This document shows, piece after piece, positions 49,420 to 59,186 of a DNA stretch of 64,000 nucleotides (positions are counted from its first letter, which is position 1; every line of letters starts with the position of its first letter). Source of the DNA: Tagaea sp. (GTDB lineage: Bacteria > Pseudomonadota > Alphaproteobacteria > CACIAM-22H2); assembly GCA_965279525.1 (NCBI GenBank), contig CBDIIB010000004.1:192001-256000 (forward strand), read 5' to 3'. Below the pieces are notes generated by a model that saw nothing but the letters and a program-made list of their open reading frames with translations, ran no database searches and was not told the origin of the DNA. A program made the position numbers and the translations under genes.

Positions 49420-51263
49420 TGGCCAGTGCCGCGATCCGGAGAGTGACCGACGCGATACGTGCCCGAAGTGCGGACCGGCGCGCGGCCTACCTTGAACGTC
49501 TCGCAGCACAACGCGCGAAGGGACCGCGCCGTTCGACCCTGTCCTGCGGGAACCTCGCGCACGGATTTGCGGCCTGCGCGCCGGGCGACAAGGCGGAACT
49601 GAAGGACGGTCGCGCGCCGAACGTCGCGATCGTTTCGGCCTATAACGACATGCTGTCGGCGCATCAGCCTTTCGAGACCTATCCGGCCCTGATCCGCGAA
49701 GCGGTCCGCGCCGCCGGCGGCGTGGCGCAGTTCGCCGGTGGAACGCCCGCGATGTGCGACGGCGTCACGCAAGGCCAGACCGGAATGGAGCTGTCGCTGT
49801 TCAGCCGCGACACGATCGCGCTGTCGACCGCCATCGCCCTGTCGCACGACATGTTCGATGCGGCCCTGTGCCTTGGTGTCTGCGACAAGATCGTGCCGGG
49901 TCTCGTCATGGGGGCTCTGGCTTACGGGCACCTGCCGTTCGTCTTCATTCCGGCCGGCCCGATGACTTCGGGCCTGCCGAACGGCGAGAAGAGCCGCGTG
50001 CGGCAGCTCTACGCGGAGGGCAAGCTTGGCCGTGCCGATCTTCTGGCGGCCGAGGCAGCCTCGTATCATGGCCCCGGAACCTGCACGTTCTACGGGACCG
50101 CCAATTCGAACCAGATGCTGATGGAGATCATGGGGCTGCACCTGCCCGGTGCGAGCTTCCCCAATCCCGACAGCGTGCTGCGCGACCCGTTTACGCGCGC
50201 GGCGGCGGCGCGTGCCGTCGAACTGGCACTTGCCGGCGAAGCGCCGATCGGCGAGATCCTCGACGAGCGGGCGTTCGTCAACGGGATCGTCGGCCTGCTC
50301 GCGACCGGCGGGTCGACGAACCACACGATCCATCTCGTCGCCATGGCGCGCGCGGCCGGCATCGTGCTGCGCTGGGACGATTTCGACGCCCTTTCGGCGG
50401 CAGTCCCACAGCTGACCCGCATCTACCCGAACGGCTCCGCCGACGTGAACCATTTTCACGCTGCCGGTGGGATGGCTTTTCTCGTCCGCGAGCTGCTGGC
50501 AGCCGGCCTTCTCCACGATGATGTCCGCACGATCGCCGGAACGGGATTGGGGGCCTACGCGCGCGAGGCCTGGCTCGATGCCGGACGGCTTGCCTGGCGC
50601 GACGGTGCTGCCGCGACCGGCGACGACAAGGTGCTGCGACCCGTGGCACGGCCGTTCGATCCGCAAGGCGGCATCCGGACGATCTCGGGCAATCTGGGTC
50701 GGGCCGTCGTCAAGGTCTCGGCCGTGGCACCCGCGCATCGGCGGATCGAAGCGCCGGCACGCGTTTTCGAAAGCCAATCCGATCTCCAGCAGGCCTTCGC
50801 CCGGGACGAATTGACCGGCGATTTCGTCGCCGTGATCCGTTTCCAGGGGCCGCGTGCCAACGGGATGCCCGAACTTCACAAGCTGACGCCGCTGCTGGGC
50901 GTGCTGCAGGACCGCGGGCAGCGCGTGGCGTTGCTGACCGACGGCCGCATGTCCGGCGCTTCGGGCAAGGTCCTGGCGGCGATCCATCTGTCGCCGGAGG
51001 CGGCCTGCGGCGGCATGCTCGCCCGCGTGCGCGACGGCGATGTCATCCGGCTCGATGCGGAGCTGGGACTTGCCGAAATCATGCTCGCGGAGCCGGAGCT
51101 TGCCGCACGGTCACCTGCCGTGCTTGCACCTGAAGCCAACCACTGGGGCTATGGGCGCGAGCTGTTTGCCGTGTTCCGGCAGAATGTCGGCGATGCGGAG
51201 GAGGGGGCCACGATACTGCAGTCGGGGCCGCCCACGATGGCGGATGTGAAATGTCCGGCCTGA
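49419..51263 (+). CDS. edd: 6-phosphogluconate dehydratase
   Basis: TGATG coupling; [45 protein letters not shown]. Confidence 0.97.
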   Translation: MASAAIRRVTDAIRARSADRRAAYLERLAAQRAKGPRRSTLSCGNLAHGFAACAPGDKAELKDGRAPNVAIVSAYNDMLSAHQPFETYPALIREAVRAAGGVAQFAGGTPAMCDGVTQGQTGMELSLFSRDTIALSTAIALSHDMFDAALCLGVCDKIVPGLVMGALAYGHLPFVFIPAGPMTSGLPNGEKSRVRQLYAEGKLGRADLLAAEAASYHGPGTCTFYGTANSNQMLMEIMGLHLPGASFPNPDSVLRDPFTRAAAARAVELALAGEAPIGEILDERAFVNGIVGLLATGGSTNHTIHLVAMARAAGIVLRWDDFDALSAAVPQLTRIYPNGSADVNHFHAAGGMAFLVRELLAAGLLHDDVRTIAGTGLGAYAREAWLDAGRLAWRDGAAATGDDKVLRPVARPFDPQGGIRTISGNLGRAVVKVSAVAPAHRRIEAPARVFESQSDLQQAFARDELTGDFVAVIRFQGPRANGMPELHKLTPLLGVLQDRGQRVALLTDGRMSGASGKVLAAIHLSPEAACGGMLARVRDGDVIRLDAELGLAEIMLAEPELAARSPAVLAPEANHWGYGRELFAVFRQNVGDAEEGATILQSGPPTMADVKCPA

Positions 51264-52102
51264 TCGACGAACTGCGCGCCCGGCTCCAGCATCTTCCCCG
51301 GCAGGAAGCAGCCGTCGCGCGCGCGGTGCTGGCCGATCCGAATGCGGCGTTGCACGTCGCCATCGCACGGCTCGCGCGCCATGCCGCCGTCAGCCAGCCG
51401 ACCGTGCTCCGGTTCTGCCGCTCGCTCGGCTATTCGGGATTTCCCGAGTTCAAGGTGGCACTCGCACAAAGCCTGGTTTCCGGCGTGGCCTATGTCAGCG
51501 CGCATGTGGAACCGGGCGACGAAGCCGCAGCCTATGCGCCCAAGGTCGTCGATGCCGCCACGGCAGCATTGCGGGCCGTGCGCAACCGGATGGATACCGA
51601 CAGGATCGCCGCGGCCGTCGAACTGTTCGCCGGTGCGCGCCAGATCATGGTCTGCGGCTTCGGCGGCTCCGCGGCGACCGCGGTCGACGCCGTCCACAAG
51701 CTGACGCGGTTCCAGATCCCCTGCCGGCAGCTCGCCGACCCGTTGATGGCCGCGATGGCGATCGAATCAGCCGAGCCCGGAGCCGATGTCCTTTTCGTCA
51801 TCTCCAACACCGGACGGACGCGTGTCCTCACCGACATTGCCGCAGCGGCCAGAGCCCGGGGGCTTGAGGTCGTCGCACTCAGTGCGCCGGGCTCGCCGAT
51901 CGCCGAGCGCGCGACGGTCGCCATCCTCGCCGAGCCGGCGGAAGACGCCGAGATTTTCACGCCGATGGCCTCGCGCATCGTGCAGCTGGCGCTTATCGAC
52001 GTGCTGATGACGGGGCTGGCGATCCGGCTGGGACCGCAGGTGCACGACAGGCTAGGCCGGATCAAACGCGCGCTGGCCGGCACGCGGACGGAACGGCGAT
52101 GA
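51251..52102 (+). CDS. hexR: RpiR-family (HexR) transcriptional regulator
   Basis: [32 protein letters not shown] plus SIS domain, [13 protein letters not shown]; in the zwf-edd operon. Confidence 0.85.
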   Translation: MSGLIDELRARLQHLPRQEAAVARAVLADPNAALHVAIARLARHAAVSQPTVLRFCRSLGYSGFPEFKVALAQSLVSGVAYVSAHVEPGDEAAAYAPKVVDAATAALRAVRNRMDTDRIAAAVELFAGARQIMVCGFGGSAATAVDAVHKLTRFQIPCRQLADPLMAAMAIESAEPGADVLFVISNTGRTRVLTDIAAAARARGLEVVALSAPGSPIAERATVAILAEPAEDAEIFTPMASRIVQLALIDVLMTGLAIRLGPQVHDRLGRIKRALAGTRTERR

Positions 52103-52668
52103 GCAAGGCTTTCACCAAGGAAACCGATCAGGAGGAACTGCCGGACGACGATCTCCTGCCGCCGCTTCCGCCGGGTACCCGCAACTACATCACGCCGGCC
52201 GGCTGGCAGCGCCTGCAGGACGAGCTGCGCAACCTGCTGAGGGTCGAGCGGCCGAAGGTCGTGGAAACCGTGTCGTGGGCCGCAGGCAATGGCGACCGCT
52301 CCGAGAATGGCGATTACATCTACGGAAAGCGCCGGCTGCGGGAGATCGACCGGCGTGTCCGCTTCCTGACCAAGCGCCTCGAGATCGCCGAAGTCGTCGA
52401 TCCCCAGATGCAGAAGAACCGCAGCCAGGTCTTTTTCGGCGCGAGCGTGACTTTCGTGAACGCGCGCGACGAGGAGCGGACGGTGCGGATCGTGGGCATC
52501 GACGAGGCGCGCGGCGAAGCGGGCGAGATCGCGTGGATTTCGCCTGTCGCTCGGGCGCTCCTGCGGGCAAGGGTTGGCGATACGGTCGACGTCCGCACGC
52601 CCAACGGCACCGATCAGCTTGAGGTCCTCGCGATCGCTTATCCGCAGGCCGAGCAATCTAGCGGGTAA
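52099..52668 (+). CDS. greB: Transcription elongation factor GreB
   Basis: NYITPAG, WAAGNGDRSENGDYIYGKRRLREIDRRVRFL, ISPVARAL. Confidence 0.95.
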   Translation: MSKAFTKETDQEELPDDDLLPPLPPGTRNYITPAGWQRLQDELRNLLRVERPKVVETVSWAAGNGDRSENGDYIYGKRRLREIDRRVRFLTKRLEIAEVVDPQMQKNRSQVFFGASVTFVNARDEERTVRIVGIDEARGEAGEIAWISPVARALLRARVGDTVDVRTPNGTDQLEVLAIAYPQAEQSSG

Positions 52669-53665
52669 GCGTCCAGTCCTGATCTGCCGGAAACCGGCGG
52701 GCGACAAACCTGTAGGTCGCGCGCATCATCATCTCGAGACGCTTGGATTTGGCGCTGGCGTCCTCGTCCTGCCATTCCGCGATCAGCGCGTCCCAGATCA
52801 TCAGGCGCTGGTGCAGCCCGTCGCGGTTCTTGCGGATGAACGCGACCATTTCTTCGGGCTTGCGCACGACGTTCAGGATTTCGGCGAACTGCGCGTCGAT
52901 ATTCGCGAACGCGCTTCTGTATTCTTCCATCGGTGCGCGCATCAGGATGCGCACGCGATAGATTTCCTCGGAGAGGCCGCCTGAATTCTTGTAGAGCCGG
53001 CCGGCCGAGAGAATACGCGCGGAAATGCGGCTGACGAGCCCGTAGCGCTCGCGCAGACCCTCGATATAGGAGAGCTCGCGGGAAATCCGCTCGATGATGC
53101 CCAAGACAGTCTTCGGGTTGCCGAGCATGTCGCCCAGCTTCTCCTCGACGATCTTGAGTGCCGCCGTGCGTCGGGCGTCGAATTTCGGATCGTTGCACAG
53201 GGCGGCGGCGCCGATATCGGCATGGGTCGGATCGAATGCGGTCCCGTCCAGCGTGACAAGGGCGGCAAGCATCCGGCCACGCGCGCGATCAAGCTGCTCG
53301 GGCCCCACGCTCCAGGATGCCGAACCGTCGAGGATCTCGGCCGGGATGGAATCGCCAGGTCGGATCTCGCGGACATGCGTGAGGCCGCGCATCGCGACGT
53401 TCAGCAGGCGCGTATCGTCCTCGGTGAAATCCTTGAACATCTTCATCAGCGGGCCGAGCGGCAGGAATGCGCGGACCTCGCCAAGCGGCAACGACAGACC
53501 GGGATCGCCCGTATTCGGGTCCGACGTGATGCAGCAATCCGGTATGGCGAATATCTTATGGTCGAACAGGAAATGCGTGCTCTTCGTATAGTCCTTGGGC
53601 GGCGGGATTTCCCGCGCCTCGTCGGAAGTCGCCTTGCCCTCGACGCCTTCGGTTTCGTCGGTCAT
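52658..53665 (-). CDS. Hypothetical protein
   Basis: 335-aa ORF with normal protein composition and a helical C-terminal half; no domain recognised. Confidence 0.75.
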   Translation of the reverse strand: MTDETEGVEGKATSDEAREIPPPKDYTKSTHFLFDHKIFAIPDCCITSDPNTGDPGLSLPLGEVRAFLPLGPLMKMFKDFTEDDTRLLNVAMRGLTHVREIRPGDSIPAEILDGSASWSVGPEQLDRARGRMLAALVTLDGTAFDPTHADIGAAALCNDPKFDARRTAALKIVEEKLGDMLGNPKTVLGIIERISRELSYIEGLRERYGLVSRISARILSAGRLYKNSGGLSEEIYRVRILMRAPMEEYRSAFANIDAQFAEILNVVRKPEEMVAFIRKNRDGLHQRLMIWDALIAEWQDEDASAKSKRLEMMMRATYRFVARRFPADQDWTLTR

Positions 53666-53758
53666 TCTCGGATTTTTCTTGCGCTCGGAAAGCCGCGCAT
53701 TTCGTGGAGGAGGAGTTTCGCTCCGTCCTTCATGGAATTCAATGCTTTGAAGGGGCTT

Positions 53759-53998
53759 TTAGCGCCGCCGCTGCGGAATGGCGATCGTCCGGAGCTCGCG
53801 AACGGACTCTTCGGCCATCCAGCGTGCCATGTCGGCGATTTCCTGGCGTTTGACGCGCGACAGACTGTCGAAAGCCGCCTTGGCGATGAGCCAGTCGAGA
53901 CCGTCGTCAGTACGCATGGCTTTCTCGACATCCCGGACGATTGCGTCGTCCGGACCAAGCACGGAAGCCATTGCTCGAAGAACGATGTCGTTTTGCAT
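53759..53998 (-). CDS. Small hypothetical protein
   Basis: 79 aa from MQNDIVL; helical, protein-like composition; co-oriented with the 335-aa gene. Confidence 0.6.
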   Translation of the reverse strand: MQNDIVLRAMASVLGPDDAIVRDVEKAMRTDDGLDWLIAKAAFDSLSRVKRQEIADMARWMAEESVRELRTIAIPQRRR

Positions 53999-54153
53999 CT
54001 TCTGACGCCGGTGGACTGGACTTCGTGTATGCAGCGCACGCTCCGAGTCGGTCAACAGATCAGATGGATTTCTAATCCTGTCGATCCGCGAAATGCGAAT
54101 GAAAATAAGGATCTGGGCCTTGACGACTCCGTAATTTGGATCAGAATCCCCAC

Positions 54154-54618
54154 ATGATTCGCCTTCCGTCTGCATGCGCTATTTTCTGGGCTGCACTCAT
54201 CCTGCTGTCGTGGGGCGCATTGTCTCAGGCACACGCGCAAAGCGACACATGCCGGATTGCACGCGCGGCGAAATGCGAGGGCGCCAATCTCGAAGGGCGG
54301 GATCTGCGTGGCGCCAATCTGCGCGATGCCAATATGAAAGGTGCGAGGCTCCGAGGCGCCAACCTGACGGGCGCGGATCTTGGCGGTGCCAATTTCTCCG
54401 ATGCCGACATGCGCTTCACCAATCTTGCCGGCGCGGCGCTTTTCGGAGTCATTTTTGTCAATACGGACCTGACTGGCGCCGGCCTGCGCTTCCAGGACAT
54501 CCGGTCCGACACCGATCTTTCCGGCGCCACGATGCCGGACGGCAAGCGTTGTTCGTCCCCGTCCATCGGCGACTGCAAGAACCCGACTGCGGCGCCGCCG
54601 GCGCCCCAGCGGCGCTGA
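54154..54618 (+). CDS. Exported pentapeptide repeat protein
   Basis: Signal peptide ending AHA-Q; tandem A(N/D)LxG repeats; GATMPDG cap with flanking cysteines. Confidence 0.9.
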   Translation: MIRLPSACAIFWAALILLSWGALSQAHAQSDTCRIARAAKCEGANLEGRDLRGANLRDANMKGARLRGANLTGADLGGANFSDADMRFTNLAGAALFGVIFVNTDLTGAGLRFQDIRSDTDLSGATMPDGKRCSSPSIGDCKNPTAAPPAPQRR

Positions 54619-54655
54619 CAAGCGCGGCAAGCCGGGCCGCCTGACCGAATTCGAC

Positions 54656-57022
54656 ATGCCCCCGGAAGAACCGCAAGAGACCCAGGCCATCGAGATCGCA
54701 CGGCTTCGACGCGAGCTTGCGCGCGAGCGGGCGCTCCTGCGTGCCGTACTCGACAACATGGACGAAGGCGTCGTCGTTTCGGACGCCGGTTTCAAGGTCG
54801 TCGCCTATAACCAACGCTTCGTCGACTATTACGCCGTCCCGCCGGAAGTGACGAAGGCGGCCGACCCGCAGCGCGAAATGGCGCGGTTCATGGTCGCGCG
54901 TGGCGCGCTCGACGTTCAGGCCGCGTTCCGGACATGGCGGGAAGGGTCGCAAGGTGCCACGTTCGAGGTCTCGCGCCCCGACGGACGGGTGCTGGAGGTC
55001 CATTCCAATCCGCTTCCCGAAGGCGGCTTCGTGTCGACCTATATCGACGTGACCGACCGCAAGCGCGCACAGGCCGAACTCGTGCGGATGCGCCAGTTCG
55101 CCGAATCCGCGAACGACGCGAAATCGCGGTTTCTTGCGGCGATGAGTCACGAGATACGCACGCCGATGAACGGCGTGCTCGCGATGCTCGAGCTCCTGCA
55201 CGATACCGGGCTCGACGGCGAGCAGGATTCGATGGTCGAGATTGTGCGCGAGAGCGCATCTTCGCTTCTGAAGATCATCGACGACATCCTCGATTTCTCG
55301 AAGATCGAAGCCGGCAAGCTCGATCTTGAGCGTATCGAGATCCCGCCGCGCACCATCGTGGAGAGCGTCGTCGAGACGCTCGCCCCGCAGGCGCGGCGCA
55401 AGGGCCTCGAGCTGACGTCGCGGATCGATCCGCTTGTGCCGGCCATTGTCCTCGGCGATCCGGTACGGCTCCGGCAGATCCTGTTCAATCTGGTCGGCAA
55501 TGCCATCAAGTTTACCGAGAAGGGCGAAGTCGCGGTCGAGGTGGTGCCGGTCGCGAATGCCGTTGCCGGGACCTTGCGCTTTTCCGTCCGGGATTCCGGA
55601 ATCGGTCTCGATGCCGATGCCATCGGTCGCCTGTTCCAGCCTTTCAGCCAGGCCGATACGTCGACGACGCGCCGCTTCGGCGGAACCGGCCTTGGCCTTT
55701 CGATCTCGACACGTCTTGTCGAACTGATGGGCGGCCGGTTGTCCGTGGACAGCGAGCCAGGTGCAGGTTCGAATTTCTGGTTCTCCATCCGGCTCGATGT
55801 TGTGGCGCCGCAGGAGCCCCAGCTGTCGCTTGCGGGAAAGCGCGTCGCGGTCGTCGAGCCCCGGACCACGTCGCGCGGGATTTTCGAGGCGTACCTGTCG
55901 GCGGCAGGTGCCGACGTCGTCTGCATGGTCGAGCCGCGTGCCGCACTCGACCTGATCGAGCGGGCGGCCGAAAGCGGATCGCCTTTCGATGCGGTGATCG
56001 TCGATTTCGGCCTCGACGGGATCGACGGGATCGTGCTCGGCGAAACGATCCGCGGCACACCGCTGCTTTTCGAAACGCGCATCGTCCTGACGAGTGCCGT
56101 CGACCGGTCTGGGCTGCGCAAGAAGGCTCTCGATCGCGGGATCGACGCTTTCCTGCTGAAGCCGGTGCGCCGGGACATGCTGCTGCGCGCCGTGCTCGGC
56201 GGCACGGTCGACGTAACGCCGCGGCCGGCAAGCACGGTAAAGCCCGTCGCTGGCGGGCTGGTTCTTGTCGCCGAGGACAATCCGACCAACCGGGCCGTCG
56301 TCACCCGGCAGCTTGCGAAACTCGGCTACTCGCACGAAGTCGTCGGCGATGGCCGGTCGGCGTTCGAGCGTTGGCGCAAGGGCGGGCTCGACGCGATCCT
56401 GACCGATTGCCACATGCCTGTCTGGGACGGATTCGAGCTGGCAAAGCAGATCCGCTCCGCGGAGCTTGGCGGTTCGACGCACACGCCGATCGTCGCCTTG
56501 ACCGCCAACGCGCTGGCCGGGGAGGCGGAGCGTTGTCTTGCTGCCGGAATGGACGACTTCGTCGCCAAGCCGGCGACATTGGCGGCACTCGCCCGGGCGC
56601 TTGCCAATGTCCTGGGGCGAGGGGAAGCGCCGGCCGCAGAAGACGAGACGCCCGGTTCAGCGGGCGGCGGGGATTTCGATTTTGCAGCACTCAAGCAGCT
56701 CTATGGCGGGGACAGCGACGACCTGCGCCAGGTCATCGGCCTGTATTTCGAGAATGGCGGTCGGCTGGTCGAAGAAATGTCGGCGGCGGCGAGTTCGCGC
56801 GATGCCGAAGCGGGCAAGGACGCGGCGCATGCGCTCAAAGGCGCCTCGCGGACGATCGGCGCACTCGGGGTCGGCGAGGCCGCAAATTCCCTCGAAGCGG
56901 CGTTTTCGGCAGCGGACTGGCTGGCGGTGGCTGACGGGATCGAGTCCGTGCGTTCGCGGTTCGAAACCGCGCGGGCGAAACTGCTAATGGCGCTCTCGCC
57001 TGCGGGCGGCGCATTGCGCTAG
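54656..57022 (+). CDS. Cytoplasmic hybrid sensor histidine kinase (PAS-HisKA-HATPase-REC-REC-HPt)
   Basis: SHEIRTPMNG, NLVGNAIKFT, DSGIG, GGTGLGL, VAEDN...TDCHMP...KP, HPt AHALKGAS; no TM helix seen. Confidence 0.94.
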   Translation: MPPEEPQETQAIEIARLRRELARERALLRAVLDNMDEGVVVSDAGFKVVAYNQRFVDYYAVPPEVTKAADPQREMARFMVARGALDVQAAFRTWREGSQGATFEVSRPDGRVLEVHSNPLPEGGFVSTYIDVTDRKRAQAELVRMRQFAESANDAKSRFLAAMSHEIRTPMNGVLAMLELLHDTGLDGEQDSMVEIVRESASSLLKIIDDILDFSKIEAGKLDLERIEIPPRTIVESVVETLAPQARRKGLELTSRIDPLVPAIVLGDPVRLRQILFNLVGNAIKFTEKGEVAVEVVPVANAVAGTLRFSVRDSGIGLDADAIGRLFQPFSQADTSTTRRFGGTGLGLSISTRLVELMGGRLSVDSEPGAGSNFWFSIRLDVVAPQEPQLSLAGKRVAVVEPRTTSRGIFEAYLSAAGADVVCMVEPRAALDLIERAAESGSPFDAVIVDFGLDGIDGIVLGETIRGTPLLFETRIVLTSAVDRSGLRKKALDRGIDAFLLKPVRRDMLLRAVLGGTVDVTPRPASTVKPVAGGLVLVAEDNPTNRAVVTRQLAKLGYSHEVVGDGRSAFERWRKGGLDAILTDCHMPVWDGFELAKQIRSAELGGSTHTPIVALTANALAGEAERCLAAGMDDFVAKPATLAALARALANVLGRGEAPAAEDETPGSAGGGDFDFAALKQLYGGDSDDLRQVIGLYFENGGRLVEEMSAAASSRDAEAGKDAAHALKGASRTIGALGVGEAANSLEAAFSAADWLAVADGIESVRSRFETARAKLLMALSPAGGALR

Positions 57023-57034
57023 TCTGCTCCCTGC

Positions 57035-57439
57035 ATGACAGACAATATTTACGCAAAACTCGGCGCAATGGTCGTGGACGATCAAGCCGTCGTCCGCACG
57101 ATGCTTCTGAAGATGCTCGAGCGATTGGGTTTCGGCTTCGTCGACGCGGCCAGCGACGGATCGGCAGCGCTTGACGCTATCCGTCTCGCGGATCGCCTTC
57201 CGAGCCTGATCATCTGCGATATCGCCATGAAGCCGATGGACGGCCTGACTTTCCTTGCGGCACTGCGTGCGATGCCGGAGATCCACCGGGCGCGGATACC
57301 CGTTGTGCTGTTGACGGCGACGGCGACCGGCGATCTGGCCCAGCGCGCGCGCGAACTGCGCGCCAACGGGTACATCGTCAAGCCTGTCACGCCCGAAGTG
57401 CTCGCGCTGCGCGTCGAGCGGGCACTGGCGGCGGGCTAG
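57035..57439 (+). CDS. Single-domain response regulator (CheY-like)
   Basis: VVDD, ICDIAMKPMDG, LT, YIVKP. Confidence 0.92.
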   Translation: MTDNIYAKLGAMVVDDQAVVRTMLLKMLERLGFGFVDAASDGSAALDAIRLADRLPSLIICDIAMKPMDGLTFLAALRAMPEIHRARIPVVLLTATATGDLAQRARELRANGYIVKPVTPEVLALRVERALAAG

Positions 57440-57708
57440 ACTTCGACGTCGAGGGTGTGCTGTCCGGGTTTGCGCTGGGACTTGGCGCCAAGTGCGTTCG
57501 CGTCTTCGTCGACGGACGCATCAGTCTCGCTGCTCGACCGGCCACGACGCGCCGAGTCTGCTTCTCCGGCATGCTTGACGGCCTTTGCCGTCTGTCCACG
57601 TACGCCCGGCGACGACGCGTGCGGCAACGGGATTGCCGTCGGCAGCGGATGGTGATGCGCGACGGCGACCTGAACCGGCATTGGTGGCAGGACAGGAGCA
57701 AGAGGCAT
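57436..57708 (-). CDS. Small Pro-rich hypothetical protein
   Basis: 90 aa, low complexity, ends GQHTLDVEV; stop overlaps the response regulator stop. Confidence 0.5.
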   Translation of the reverse strand: MPLAPVLPPMPVQVAVAHHHPLPTAIPLPHASSPGVRGQTAKAVKHAGEADSARRGRSSSETDASVDEDANALGAKSQRKPGQHTLDVEV

Positions 57709-57771
57709 GATGTGAGAGTACCACAAGTTGCCAAATCGTGCAAAAAACAGCCCGTAAACTATTGATAAATA

Positions 57772-58953
57772 TCAGCGTCCGACTGCGATTTCGAATTCCA
57801 GGATCGATGCCGGACCGTTCGCGAACGACGCCTCGATCCGGATTTTCCGACCTTCTCGAGGGACCGGCACGACCGAGGTGAAGCTGCCGTCCGGGTTGAA
57901 GACGGTCTGACCATCGGCAATCCGGACATCCCGCAGGGTGGCATCGCCACGGACACGCCCGACAAGGCTGACAAAACCGGGATCGAGAACCGTCATCCGC
58001 CGGCCGATCCGGCCCGGATCCCATGCCGGAAAGCTGATCGAAATTTCGCGCGCCGCTCGCGTTGCCGCTGGCGCTGCCGCGGTCGAAGCAGGCCCGGTCA
58101 TTGCGGCCTGGACGAAGCCGACGGTGCCCCTTGCATCGGCAACCAGGAGCCATCCGGGGATCGTGGCTTCCGCAAGCCGGACTAGGGGCTGGCCGACGGC
58201 TGCCGGTGCGACGATCTGTGCGCCGGGATCCGGGGCGGCGCGCAAGGCCGTCGCGCGCGAAACTGCCAGCGTCCCGGTCATCCCCCGCACGGAGATGCGC
58301 GGACTCGATTGGGCCTCTGCCGGCGGCGGTCGGACCGCAGAGGGCGCACCGCGCTGGCGCAGTTCGTTCTCGACGCGCCGGACGCGCTCGATCAACACGA
58401 TGTTCTCCTGGCGCAGGCGTTCGATCTCGGGAACGACATAGGGGCCGTCGAGCTCTTCAAGGCGCGCGCGCGCCGCCACGTATGCCTGCCGGAGCGTTTC
58501 GACCGATTCCGGCAGCCGGCCCGCCAGTTCGAAAGCATGGCTCGGGAACGCAAGCCGCCCGGTCAGCCGCCCGTCGGCAATCCGGACATCGAGGGAAATG
58601 CGGCCTTGCGGTGTACCGGGATCCGGAATCTCGGCACGAAATCGGCCATCTGCAGATGCAAGGCCGCTGAACACGAGGTCGCGTGCCGGAATTTCGATCG
58701 TATAGGTTCCGTTCTCGCGACGGATTTCCCAGATCGTGCGCGGGTTGCCGATCTGGGCGCGTACGGCAAGTCCGAGGATCGGGATCGACGCGAGACCCTG
58801 GTTGACCGGGGGGCCGGTTTCGGCAACCAGCCAGAAACCCGAGGGATCCTCGAGCGGAGCGACCTGCGCCCGAGCGGGCACCGGTCCGGAAAGGCAGAGC
58901 CAGACCAGAACCGGAACGGCGCGCAGGATCAGTCCGAGGGAATTTCCTTGCAT
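57772..58953 (-). CDS. Exported hypothetical protein with coiled-coil and SH3b-like segment
   Basis: Signal peptide ending ARA-Q; coiled coil EIERLRQENIVL; ALRAAPDPGAQIV...GWLLV...GFV is SH3b-like. Start uncertain. Confidence 0.65.
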   Translation of the reverse strand: MQGNSLGLILRAVPVLVWLCLSGPVPARAQVAPLEDPSGFWLVAETGPPVNQGLASIPILGLAVRAQIGNPRTIWEIRRENGTYTIEIPARDLVFSGLASADGRFRAEIPDPGTPQGRISLDVRIADGRLTGRLAFPSHAFELAGRLPESVETLRQAYVAARARLEELDGPYVVPEIERLRQENIVLIERVRRVENELRQRGAPSAVRPPPAEAQSSPRISVRGMTGTLAVSRATALRAAPDPGAQIVAPAAVGQPLVRLAEATIPGWLLVADARGTVGFVQAAMTGPASTAAAPAATRAAREISISFPAWDPGRIGRRMTVLDPGFVSLVGRVRGDATLRDVRIADGQTVFNPDGSFTSVVPVPREGRKIRIEASFANGPASILEFEIAVGR

Positions 58954-59153
58954 CCGAGAATCACGAATCCCTGTTCTTGCGGGTAACGGGCGCGGATCCG
59001 CGCCGTCGCATCCTTCTCGTTCATCGCCGTGATTTCGATGAAGTGCTGATTCTGCCATTCGTCCTTGTATATCTTGTGCTGCTCGCCACGTGCGACGGCC
59101 GCGCGGACCTGTTCGTTGAAAATCGCAAACTCGTACTTGTTTCGCTTGAACAT
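58929..59153 (-). CDS. Small hypothetical protein
   Basis: 74 aa with a GGAG RBS upstream; YEFAIFNEQVR...RYPQEQGFVI looks like a conserved small family. Confidence 0.7.
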   Translation of the reverse strand: MFKRNKYEFAIFNEQVRAAVARGEQHKIYKDEWQNQHFIEITAMNEKDATARIRARYPQEQGFVILGCKEIPSD

Positions 59154-59186
59154 CGCGGCTCCATCCGTCTCCTTCCGGCACCTGGA

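Noticed and set aside
47880-51263. Apparent 1127-aa fusion ORF ending in Edd; likewise 22106-25729, 21090-23909, 6360-8291, 15826-17646 and 28302-30542
   Set aside because: The N-terminal extensions are off-frame read-through of the upstream gene. The true starts are at coupled stop/start junctions, so there is no fusion or frameshift.
54280-54530. 15-bp periodic DNA repeats (GGCGCCAATCT...)
   Set aside because: Fully explained by the pentapeptide-repeat coding sequence.
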